From positions 2,914,001 to 2,978,000 of the forward strand of contig NW_024704749.1 of the NCBI RefSeq assembly GCF_018977255.1: a DNA stretch of 64,000 bases, read 5' to 3'. Each line of letters opens with the position of its first letter. Within the stretch, counting starts at the first letter, position 1. This document shows, piece after piece, positions 10,666 through 22,790 of the stretch. The position numbers and the translations under genes were made by a program. The notes below the pieces were generated by a model that had not been told where the DNA came from, ran no database searches, and worked only from the letters and a program-made list of their open reading frames with translations. Source of the stretch: Callorhinchus milii (taxonomy: Eukaryota).

Positions 10666-12197
10666 AACCTGCTGAAGGAAGAGCAACGCTCAAATGCAGG
10701 TTTCTGGGATCATTCGAAGTCTGCACATACGCAAATCCAATGCCACACTTCTGAATCAAGTGACTGGCGAATGTGCAGAAACTTAGAACAGCTTTCATTT
10801 TTACAAAATAATGACAGTGCTCCTACATTAAGTATACTATTTAATTAGAAATAAATGTATAATGATACATTGGATATGACATGATGGTGCATTGGATATG
10901 CTGTTTATATTAATAACAAGCGATTATTTCCAAGGAAATATGTTGTTTAACATTAAACCTTACATATGTTGATTAAGCTTTCTTCATATCTGTTCGTGAA
11001 GCTAAACGTTTAATTATGTGTGGGTGTCCTTCTAATGGGTTAGATTAACAATGAAAAAAAANCTGTCTTTGGCACTCAGCCAAGCATGGGTTGACCAAGA
11101 TGGTTTTTGATTGACAGGTGTTCTTTCGGGGCTTCTCTAGAAATTTACGGGATATAATTTTTCTGATGGGTGTATGTCCTCACGGAATAGACTGATACTA
11201 CGTAATTTAGGTGGTTTGAATCTTCCGCTTTCAAGGAAACATAAAGAAGTCTGAAGTATGAATTGGCAAACATACCTCTATGAATGTTGTTTCAGACGTG
11301 TTGTTTCTGGGCTTCGTATCCTATTTCCACTTAAATAAACCAATCTTTAATATTATAATGACTGCCACAATTACTTGTATAATGTGTACCAATGTTGTAG
11401 TTTGCAATAACAGGGGAAGAGATTAATGTGACACACATGCAACTTTGATCCGTTGATACAGTGACACCTGCTGATGTTAATAAATCAACCAACATGTTGC
11501 CATGCAGAAGTCGGAATCAAACGTTTCTCCAAAGAAGACTTAACGAAACAAATCCACTAGTTTGTCATAACGTCTTAAAATTTCGCAGATTTGATGAAAT
11601 GTTTCATTTAAACATTAATTGGGAAGTTGATTCTTTTTTAAGAAATACGGAAAATCGACTTACAAATTAAGACTGAATTTAAGATTCCCTACACCCTCCC
11701 TCTGATTTCAGAAAATATTAAAGTTTAAGACAATTCGATCTTACAGGCTGAGATTAGGGGGAATTTGAGCCTTCGAAGCCGCGGTAGCGAACAATATAGA
11801 ACAAAGCCTACCACTCTCTTCCCCTGTTGTATGATTTACAACTTGTGTAATATTTTCGTAAGGCAACACGTCTGTAAACCAATTCGATAAAATGGTCTCT
11901 GTTTTATGTTTTTAAAATATGCTGAATAATAAAAATAAAATGAAAACCTCATGGTTTGACTAATCGGAAAATCTGGAACAAAATGAGCGACTGCACAGAG
12001 GACATTGCAGAGACATTTTTATTGTTGTTCGATATTTGTGTAATATGACACAAGGAGAACACATAACATTCAACCTAAGGATTCTGGCAAACGATATGAA
12101 CTGCGTCATGATCGTTCGAAATTTTGGAAATTTATGACAAAATGAACATAATCTACAAAATATTACAAACACAATTTGTATTATTAAAGGCAGATTG

Positions 12198-12556
12198 TCA
12201 ATGGTATACTCGACTATCGGTGCACATTCCTGATTTAGGTACAACTGGATTGGCGATGCTTTTCTCGAGCGGAGTGGCCAGAGTCTGGTGTTTGACCACA
12301 CAGGAATACAGGTCGTGTGACTCCCACTCGGAGGTTGGCAGAGTCAGATAACTGCTCACACTGTACGTGTTGTCCGCCTGCTGTTTGATCGCACTCGTTT
12401 CAACACCTTCACTTCTGGTACCGCCATCCACAGTCCACTCGACCTCCACAGCTCCCGGGATAAAATCATTCACCAGACACACCAGGGTCGCCTTGCTCTT
12501 TGCTGTGATTTGATCTGGTGAAGGGGGAAGGACAGTCACCGAAGGGCCCTGTGGTT
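12198..12556 (-). pseudogene. Orphan Ig light chain C exon with 1-bp deletion near the 3' end
   Basis: Intact acceptor (AG at 12558-12557) and full C domain, but gatctggcg has become gattggcg at ~12250, turning ARSSCT-stop into ANPVVPKSGMCTDSRVYH-stop. No VJ exon before the next C at 16260. Confidence 0.88.
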
Positions 12557-14150
12557 CTGGAAGGGAAGAAGTTTATATTCAGAAAATGTCCATTTATTTG
12601 ATGACACGAAGGACAATTGAAAACTAAATATCAAGTCTTTTGAATCATTATACAATGACCTTCACAAGAACTCTCACATCATTACTGAATAACACAATCA
12701 GCAACGTGTTCATTCTGTTGACAATAATGTTGAACAATGTCCGCCAATAGAGATTGTTCACATAAAGATATCAAATCAGTTTGAAGTGGTTTCTGTTAAT
12801 ACGGGTTGCTCACCATGCATTTTATAGCTTATTATACCATCTCTAGATTGTCACGAATACATTAAAGAAATTAAAATCTACAATCATCAGAAACGCCATC
12901 GGAGACTGAATATCCTGTCACATATAATATGACCCGAGAGCAGCTGACGGGAAGCGAAGTAACATTTTTGAATATTAATTGTATCTCCGAAAAAGCACGT
13001 TCACGAGGGAGAAAACATATAAAAAATCAATGCGAATAACTGACAAAGATTGCAACTAAACGCTCCATTCCGATTAATTCCCTGTAAACGTTTATTGATC
13101 GCTTCTTTTTTTGGAGTTTCAATAACCGCTACGCAATGGCTGGACACAAGTTATACTTTCTTTTATGTTCTCTCCTTAGTCGGGTGGGAAACTGGATTAA
13201 AGCTCCACTACTATGCGGCTGAGCATTAAGGGTCTTCGGAAAACTGGAAGAAAGTCTAGGTAACAATAACAATAACACATTACATCTTTATAGCGCTTTT
13301 CACTTGAACCACTTACAGCTAGATGATAATAACAATAATAATATAAGTGATAAGAATAATAATACTTGCATGTGTTACAAAGTCTTATCAAGACTTCGAG
13401 ACGGCTGAAAGCACTTCACAGAATATATGCTGAAGTGAATTGAGTGTATATTTTGTGCTCTAAGCGCAGGCGAAAACTGATTAAAAGCACCAGAATCGTA
13501 AAGTGATTGGTATACAATCTCCCGGTTCAATACATCACGAAATACAAAAAGCTATTTATAAATACAATCAGAACATTAACAATTATAATGATAACAAATC
13601 GGCTTGAAGAGGCGACCTAAGATATAGCTGATCGGAATAATTGCAAATCCACAAATCTTTTCATCGATTCCTCTAAAAAACAATCATAGTTTCCCCCAAC
13701 AATGTTTTGCAGTCATCAGCGGCAAATAGTAAAAACGTGAAAATTCGGGGGAGAAAGAGAAGGTTCGCTTTCTTCAAACACTTTGTGAACGAAAAGTCAA
13801 TACATTATGCATTAGAGAAGCATAATAAAGGTAAACTTTCAGCAGCTGAAGAGAGTGATTGTTAATTTCACAGTGTTTTATTGGGCGCGTGAAATATATT
13901 ACATTGTATTTATAATAAATATCGTTGCGCAGTCGAAAGGAAATCAACATACTACACTTCCACAATTTATATTACATTTTTCTCCGTACTTTTATTTCTG
14001 TTTTGACCAGATTGAACCGCCGCTCAGCCTGTGTCTTCACTCAGCGCTGATTCACATCTGAACAATTACAGGAACTTTTGTGAAACACACGTGATATTAT
14101 TGCGTCTCTGCTGCTAATTGCAATGGTAATCCCCTCAGAGACATCAAATA
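12557..14150 (-). other. Residual J-C intron of the orphan C cluster
   Basis: Colinear with 1399-2570 (e.g. cttcactcagcgctgattcacatctgaac at ~14035); ends at a SINE tail at ~14150-14199 followed by unrelated 3'-flank sequence. Confidence 0.8.
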
Positions 14151-16041
14151 ATATAATAATAATAATAATCCTTGCATTTGATATAGCGCTTTTCACGTCT
14201 GTCTTGATTAAGCTTAATGTGCTATACTGCTGAAGTATTTGCATATCAAATTTAATTGACATGGAAATAATTCAGCAGAATGGCCCAGCTGCAAAAATAT
14301 TTCCTTATTAATTCTAAGTGATATTTCCAAGAAAATATGTTGATTAAGATTAAAATTGTTGTTGATAAAGTTTCATTGGTAACTGTTCGTAAATGTTTGT
14401 GTTAAAATGTGTGAGTGTGGCCTTTGTCATGTGTTAGAACAACAATAAAAATAATCTGTCTTTGGCAATCAGCCAAGGCGTGGGATGGGCCAAGATGATT
14501 TTTCTTTGACAGCCATTCATTTGGGGCATCTCTCGAAATTTATTGATTAGCGTTTTTCTCGTGGGACTTTGTTCTCACAAATTAGACAAATACTATGCAA
14601 TTGGTATATTTTGATAAAATATCGATTGGTATCGACCAAACATACCTACAGATGTATTACATTGGATTAATCAAGTGGAACTTGGAGAAGAAGCCCAGGC
14701 TTCCGAGTTCGACTTTAGTAATCCAATCTTTAACATTATATTGAATAAAGACATTCATGATTACTAAATAATATTTAACAATGTTGTAGTTTGTATTAAA
14801 AGGGGAAGAGACAAATGCGACACAAATACAACTTTGATATCGTTGATACAGCGACACCTGCTGATGTTAATCAATCATGGAAATACTTCAGCAGGATCGC
14901 ACAGCTGCTGAAGTAATTCCTTATCAATTCCATATGATTATTGCCAAGAAAATATTTTGATTAAGATTAAAATTCTTGTTGATAAAGTTTCATTGGTAAC
15001 TCTTCGTAAATGTTTGTGTTAAAATGTGTGAGTGTGGCGTTTGTCATGGGTTAAAGTAACAATAAAATAAATCTGTCTTTGGCAATCAGCTTAGGCGTGG
15101 GACTGGCCACGATATTATTTCATTGACAGCCATTCTTTTGGGGCTTCTCTAGCAATGTAATGAGTAGCGTTTTTTCTAATGGATGTTTGTTCTCACAAAA
15201 TAGACTAATATTTTGTAATTGGTATTTTTTGATAAAGTATGGATTGGTATCGACCAAACATACCTACAGATGTATAAAATGGGATTAATCAAGTGGAACT
15301 TGGAGAAGAAGCCCAGGCTTCCGAGTTCCAATTAAGTAATCCAATTTTTAACATTATATTGAATAATGATCTTCATAATTACATGTATAATGTTTAACAA
15401 TGTTGTAGTTTGTATTAAAAGGGGAAGAGATAAATGCGACACAAATGCAACTTTGATCGTTGATACAGCGACACCTACTGATGTTAATCAATCAGACAAG
15501 ATGTTGTCAGGCGGAGGTTGGAAGCAAACATTTCTAAACAGCAGATTTACGGGACAAAATCCACCAGTTTCTCAATAATATTTAAAATTGGGCAGATTTG
15601 CGGAAATGTTTCCCTTTCAACCTGAATGCGGAAGGTTTATTTGAACAAATACAAAAGAGCGATTTACAAATTAATACCCAATTCAAGGTCCCCCCCTCCT
15701 CCCTCCGAGTCCAGACAATATTACAGTTTAAGATCAAACCATCTTACAGGCTGAGACGAGGTGGGATTTTGAACCTTCGAAGCCCCGGAGAGCGCAACAC
15801 AGAATGACTCCGACTGTTGGGGAATGTTCTGCTCCTGTGCCATTGTTGCTATGATTGACAACTACTGTAATATTTCCTCCGGTAAGACAACATGTCTGTA
15901 AACCAAATCCATAAAATGTCGCTATTTTATATTAAAACATGTCCAGAATAATACAAATCAGATTAAAATCTCATGATTTGATGAATTGAAAAGGAAATCT
16001 GGGAGAAAATGAGCGACTCACAGAGGCCAATGCAGAGACAG

Positions 16042-16047
16042 TTTATT
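16042..16047 (-). terminator. Candidate polyadenylation signal AATAAA (also 12018-12023, 32966-32971, 45853-45858, 61132-61137)
   Basis: AATAAA on the minus strand ~215 nt after each C stop codon at a homologous position. Confidence 0.6.
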
Positions 16048-16259
16048 ATTGATCGATATTTCTGTAATACGACACAAGGAGAACACATATAATTCAATCT
16101 AAAGTTTCCAGCAAACGGTACAAACTGTGTATGGATTGTTATCTCTTTGCGAAATTTATGACAAAATGAACATAATCGACAACATATTACAAAACACAAT
16201 TATTATTATTAAAGGTAGATTGACAATAGTACATTCGATTATCGGTGCACATTCCTGGT

Positions 16260-16582
16260 TTAGGTACAACTGGATCTGGCGATGCTTTTTTCGAGCGGAG
16301 TGGCCAGAGTCTGGTGTTTGACCACACAGGAATACAGGTCGTGTGACTCCCACTCGGAGGTTGGCAGAGTCAGATAACTGCTCACACTGTACGTGTTGTC
16401 CGCCTGCTGTTTGATCGCACTCGTTTCAACACCTTGACTTCTGGCACTGCCATCCACAGTCCACTCGACCTCCACAGCTCCCGGAATAAAATCATTCACC
16501 AGACACACCAGGGTCGCCTTGCTCTTTGCTGTGATTTGATCTGGTGAAGGCGGAAGGACAGTCACCGAAGGGCCCTGTGGTT
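16260..16582 (-). CDS. IGLC: Ig light chain constant exon, cluster B
   Basis: Intact 323-nt exon, acceptor AG at 16584-16583, KPQGPSVTVLPP...SIARSSCT-stop. Confidence 0.97.
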
Positions 16583-18773
16583 CTGGAAGGAAAAGATTTT
16601 GTACTCAGATAATGTCCATTATTTGATAAGACGAAGGAAAGTTGAAAACTAAATATCAAATCTTTGTATCAAATACTGCAACGTGTTCTTGGTCTGTTGA
16701 TAATGATGTTGAACAGTGACAATATCCGCCTCTAAATATAATAAATCAGTGTGAAGCGGTTATTGTTGTTGCTCACCAAACACTCTGCAGCTTATTATAC
16801 TATCTCTAGATTATCACGATCCCATTTACGAAATGAAAGACTGCAATCACCAGAATCGATAACAGACACTAAAACCAGGTCACAGTGAATACTGACGGGA
16901 GCAGCTGATTGACAGCGCAGTGAAGCTTTCGGATTATTAATGATATCTCTGTCAAAGCTCATTCACACGACAGAAAGTTTCGCCCACAAAATGCAGTCAT
17001 TTGACTTCACGGTATATTATGTGAAGCGCCTTGAGATGTCTCGTGACGTGAAAAGCACTATATCAAATTCAAGGATTAAATTCAAAGATAATTAAACCAA
17101 ACATAAAATAAATGCTGCTAACTGACAATCTTTGCAACTAAACGCTCCATTCCGATGAATTCTCTCTAAAGGTCCATCTGTCGCCTCTATTTCCAACACT
17201 GCCCAATTCTGGGAAGAAATGTGTGAACATTTGAGTACCGTTTGGAGTTTGAATTATCGCTATAAAATGGCTGGGCACAACTTATACTTTCTCTGATGCC
17301 CTTTCCCGAGTCGAGAGGGAACGGGATTCAAGATTGACGATTGTGCAGAAAAGCAATGACGGATTTCAACAAACTGGAAGATGGTCCAGAATACAAACAA
17401 CAATTCACACTTGTACAGAGCCTTTCACCTTGACCACTTACAACCAGATGATCATCATAATAATAATCCTTGCATTGCTTATGGCACGTTACCACATCTT
17501 CGAGACAGCTCAAAGCATTTCACAGAAGATACTGTGAAGTGAATTGACTGTATATTTTATGACTGAAAGGCGGGCGAAAGAACACGAAAAGCACCAGAAT
17601 CCGAAACTGGTTTGTGTACAATCTCCTGGTTCAAAACATAAGGAAATGAAACGAGCTGTTTATAAATAAAAGCAGAACATTGACAGTTATAAGGATAACG
17701 AATCGGTTCCAATAGGTTGCCTTCTGAATTACAGCTGATCGGGATTATTGTAAACCCATATTTTTTTCATTGCACCCCCTATAAAAACAATCAGTCTTTC
17801 GACAAAAAAGTTTTAGATACACGAGCGGCAGTTATTGAAAACCTGGTAATCCGGGGAAAAGGAAAGGGGTTCGCTTTGCTCAAATGCTGTATGAAGGAAA
17901 AGTCAAAACATTAAGCGTTTGAGAAGCAAAATAAAGCAAAGATTCAGCAGCTGGAAAGAATGAATGCCAATTTCACAAAGTTTCATAGGGCGCTTGAAGT
18001 ATGTTCCATTGCATTTATAATAAATATCACTGCGCGGTAGACAGGAAATAATCAAGTTACATTTCCATAATTTAGATAACATTTTTCTTTCATTTCTGCT
18101 TTGACCAGATTGAGCCGCCGCTCAACAGTCTGTGCCTTCACTCAGCGCCGATTCACATCTGAACAATTACAGCAACTTGTGGGGAAACACTTGTGACATT
18201 ACTGAGTCTCTGCTGCTGATTACAGTGGTGCTCCCCTCAGCGACATCAAACACCGAATCGGGAGAAAATAAAACATGTTAAACAATCAAATATCCGAATA
18301 CAACTCTGCAGAAAGGAGATAATAGATATATCGACTAATGGGAAGAATAACACAGAGGTTCTTTGCACAAGTCTAATTTCTGTCAAAATTCGCATTAATT
18401 CACTGAGCCGATCATAACATTGGAATTGTTCTCAAATAATGGATTAGTTGCTAATGTGAATTACTGGTCAGAGAAACCTTTCTCAGAGTAATTTCCGGTC
18501 ATCTGGGTCATAGTTGAAGACTGTTACTCGTTCTCTTGGATGTTTAACGTTTTGAAATATTCAAGTAGTTACGAACGAGAAACATTTCTACGATGTTTTT
18601 TACATCTGAGATTGAACTCCTCACCAATCGGTTCAGCTATCCTTTGGAAAGCTGTTGGTTATCTTTTTGTGTTGGAGATTCAAACCCGTGGGTGGGTTGG
18701 CGATGATTGGAAGTAATCATATCAATGATAACAATAAAATGAATAAAACTGTTACCAGGAAGTTGGTTGTCCA

Positions 18774-18783
18774 ATGCAAATCA
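18774..18783 (-). promoter_or_regulatory. Intronic decamer TGATTTGCAT ~100 nt 3' of the J donor (also 35646, 48508, 63795)
   Basis: Perfect decamer in clusters B-E; absent from cluster A. Confidence 0.55.
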
Positions 18784-18880
18784 AAATAATTATTGGGAAG
18801 GAGAAACAACGACAACATTTAGCGACCCAGAGCGCTTGAACCCACAACGTGCAAAGTGTAGAATGCCGAAGATCACTTAC

Positions 18881-19231
18881 TTTTCAAACTCAGTTCACTC
18901 CCTTTACCGAAAAAGAAGTGATACGGACTGCTGCTATCCCAGGCACCACAGGAGTAATCGGCGGCGTCCTCAGCTTGCACACCGCTGATGGTTAAATGCA
19001 CGGCGTTGTTCCCTGAGTCCACAGAACCAGAGAATCGATCAGGAATCCCCTGAGGTTTGCCGTTGTTACTTGACCAGAGAAGCACAGGGGCGCCGTCAGG
19101 CTTCTGCTGGTACCAGCTGGTGTAGTAGCTGCCGATGCTGCCTCCGGACATGGTACAGGTGATCTTGACGGTGTTTCCCGGGGAGGATGAGATGGACGAT
19201 GGCTGAGTCAGGGTAACAGCTGCGGTTGTGC
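18881..19231 (-). CDS. IGLV: Germline-joined VJ exon, cluster B
   Basis: [45 protein letters not shown]...[17 protein letters not shown]...[26 protein letters not shown]; open frame, canonical splice sites, no RSS. Confidence 0.97.
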
Positions 19232-19317
19232 CTGGAGAAACAACAAGTCAATATGTACATTGTAAAACCGTACAAATTGAATGTAACTCAGATCAGTGCG
19301 GATTCCATAGCGCTTAC

Positions 19318-19366
19318 CATGTAAACACAGGAGCAAAGCGGACAGGACTCGGAGCCAATCGCCCAT
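19318..19366 (-). CDS. Leader exon, cluster B
   Basis: MGDWLRVLSALLLCLH(G), donor GTAAG, 86-nt intron. Confidence 0.94.
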
Positions 19367-19625
19367 CGTGAATAGTTTGATGAAGATCAGAGAGATGAGG
19401 GATTTTCCAGACCAAAGCCACTTTACTGCTTGTTTCTCAGCTTCTCCTTAAGAACCATCAGGTGATGTAAGTCCAATTGAATTAATGAACTATGCAAATC
19501 ACCATCCGGGTTGCACCGCCCAATCGGAGTCCTTGTTCTGAACTGGAGATTCAAGATCATGCAGATTGGAGACATTTTACCGCCGATACTTCAAAAGATA
19601 TTTCATGATAATATTGCATAACATT
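19367..19625 (-). promoter_or_regulatory. IgL promoter, cluster B
   Basis: Decamer TGATTTGCAT at 19492-19501, E-box CACCTG, CCAAT motifs, TTAA element. Confidence 0.85.
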
Positions 19626-22249
19626 TCTCTGTGAAGGGCTTGAACAAGCTTTCTTATTTTCAGTATGAAAGAGATCAGTTGATTTAAAATGAAGATAGAA
19701 TAAAATAATTCTCAATTATTTACAGAATGTTGGAAAAGTCTTATTCGATTAAACACAAATTTATGTCTTGGTTTTGAACTACATTGTTGTGGAGCTTGTT
19801 CCCATGTTGGATAATTTGTTGATGAGAAATTGTCATCGTTTTATACAGTTACAGTTTGCACGCTGTGAGATACAGACCTGAACAGGAGGCTGCGTTGCAT
19901 CTCAATGGTAAAGCTTTATTTCGTTCAACTATACAGCGGTATAAATTCACATTATATACGTTGCATTTACATTGTATTTGATATAAATTGTCTAAGTCAC
20001 CTTCCTGCAGGCACCAGCCCCATCCTGCCCTCATACTCAGATTCACTTTGCTACACATGCTATGCATCGCTCCAGATGTGATGCTGTTTAATAGAAGGAT
20101 TAGAGTTGCATTCCCATTTCGTGATGCTTAAAAAGGATAGTTTCTCTCTGAACGTTATAAACGGGGAAGGGAGACTGGGCTCTGTTGAACCGCGAGACGG
20201 GAGGAGAGCTCCACAGATATTTGTGATCTTATTAATACAGTTTTGCGCTGTTTCCAACTTCAAAGTGTGGAATGGTCAAGCTGGACAAGCAATATGTAAG
20301 CTAACCAGAAAATGCCCTCAATGACAAATAGTATGGTTTTAGCTGTTTGAACTCAAGCTGCGTCACAAATGATAATATGGTGCCCCAAGGTTGGCAATAT
20401 TCAATCTACCCCCAATACTTTGCAGAATACGGTAAGCCGTGATTTGGGAGAGAGGGATCGTTCCATTACTATCCCAAGAAAATTGACATAATAACAATAA
20501 TGCTTGCATTTGATTTAGCGCGTTTTCACATGTTCAAGACGTCTCAGTGACATTTTTGATAGAAAATCATGGATTTATTAAATCTAATCATTTTTGAAGA
20601 GGCTCAGAAATGACTGTGATTTGCAATTCCTGCCCCCAACCTCCTGCCAACCACCATAAACACTGAATACTCAAATTGGGGTTTGATTTGGCACTCTGGG
20701 AAGGAAAGATTACGGTAGATTTTGTGAGCGAGTGGGTAGAAGTGTTACTTCCTTTCACACATTTAGATAATAATTACACAAAGGATAACTAGCGAATCAG
20801 ATAAAATGTTGGGTAGAGGCTCTAACACTCTATTCTCTTATTTTTCTTCAATTGTTAACTAAATCTTTAATTTCCAATTTAATTTTAGATAATACCAGAC
20901 CCTGATGTTCTCTTCTTGTCTGTCTGCCGCGTTTTGCCCACAGCTATACAGTCAGTTCACTTTTTCAGTGTATCACATGAAGCATCTTCAGACATCTTGT
21001 CCATGTGATAAGGCGATATATCAGATGCAAGAATTATTCTTTATATTGGGCGCTAATGTTCTCTACTTGTCTTGGAAAGAGGCAGATCAATATGTTTGTA
21101 ATCAACAAAACACAAAATGCAGCCGATGCTGGAAATCTGAAGCAAAAGCATAGGTCACTGGGATCACTCCACAGATCAGGCAGCATCTATGGAGAAAGGA
21201 AAATTTAATGTTTAAACAAACCAAAATAATTTGCAGTGCCTCTGCCTGCATTATATGCCGTGAAGTATTTTGTGACATATCAACATGTGACAGGATGCTA
21301 TTATATGCAAGAGTTATCTCTTCTTATAATACTGGACATTTTGTATAAAATATTAACAATTGTAAATCAGTATTTCCTTCCAGGAAACAGATGTGATGGC
21401 ATCAACACAAAAGCTGAATAGCGCTGTTCTTTACATCCTCCTTACAACTATGATGTGATGTTATATGGATCAGGAAATGTACATGCAGATTTATGGAACT
21501 CAAATTGCTGAAGGAAACCCAGTGCTCAAGAGCACGTTCACACCATCAATGCCTGCATTGAAGTCTGCGCATGTGTCGATCCAGTACCAAATTTGTGATA
21601 CATCAAGTCAAAAGACTTGCCATGAGCAGAAACATAGAGCATCCTTCATTTTACAAATAATTACAGTATTCCTACAATACATGTACCGTAGTATTATAAA
21701 ATAATTGTACAATAATACATTGGATTTAGCTACTTTCATATCAGGGCGACGTTTCGTGATGCTTCACTGGATTTAATGTATATATTTTCTTGGCAAATGT
21801 GGCAGCCAACTTAAGCACAGCAATTTCTAAAAACAGCCATGGAATTAAAGAAATTTTTCCGAGGTGAATTCATAGCCAAGAACCCAGGACACGTTGTCTT
21901 CTTTTTTGCAGAGTGACAAATATTGTTAAACATCCACCATGAATAGGAAAAAGGTATGGTACCTCCAACCATGCAGCACATCCACATTATTGGATTGCAG
22001 TGTCACCAAAAATAACATCAATTGAAAGGCCTAATCTGGAACTCACAATCTATTGCATTAGAGATCACAATGCTCCCACGTGTGGCAATGCTGAGACATT
22101 TGAGAATCTACCTGAAAAAGAGCTGGAGACCTGCCCAGTCCATTCTCCAATTTTGAATTGATTACTTATGGATCAGTTCCAACTTTCCACACGTTCACAG
22201 GACATAGGCTCATGCTTGCACATCCACGCCATCACGTCGGCACCATAGG

Positions 22250-22790
22250 CAGTGGGAGCATCAGCATCCAAGGATGCACACATACCTCACCAAGCCAGTA
22301 AGGAAACTAAACATCTTGGTCACCCCTCAACCATCATTTCTATCTCAAAGGCATGCCATGACCGTTCTGCATTCCCCACCTCCTCAATAATACAGGACTC
22401 AGCCATTTTCTCACCCCTCAGGCTGCTGAAACGCTCATTTATGCTGCCATTACAACCAGGCTCAACCTTGCCTCCCTCATCTCAGCAGGCTCCAGCCTGC
22501 TCCATGTCCCCTGCTTGTCCAGCCCGAACATCAGTAGTCGGGCCTACAGCTTGTCTGCCTGCACAATCTGGAACTCCATCCCACATTACTTTCACCTCGA
22601 TCATTCCCAAGCCAAAATAAAGGCAAAGCTTCAAAACCCTCCACTTGATAAGGCCTTTTGACACACTCCTACCCTCTCTGTCTTGTCTGATTCCCTCGCT
22701 ACCCCCCTCCCACACAAACTCGGACCCTAATCCCTGATTGTCCTGTGCCCTGGTATGTCCTCCTGACATGAAGGGTGCTTTATAAATGTA
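22250..22790 (+). mobile_element. Old degraded L2 3' fragment (paralog ~51985-52525)
   Basis: Similarity to the L2 agcatccaagg...ctggaactccatccc region and tail gacatgaagggtgctttataaatg. Confidence 0.7.

Noticed and set aside
11062-11062. Ambiguous base n after a poly-A run
   Set aside because: Sequencing uncertainty, not biology; noted only as a caution for nearby single-base claims.
16881-16920. CACAGTG heptamer in the J-C intron (also in C and D) as a relic RSS
   Set aside because: No ACAAAAACC-like nonamer at 12 or 23 nt spacing and no adjacent V or J segment.
18767-18988. Antisense ORFs overlapping VJ and C exons, repeated per cluster
   Set aside because: Conserved only because the units are recent duplicates; lengths and stops vary and there are no domain features.
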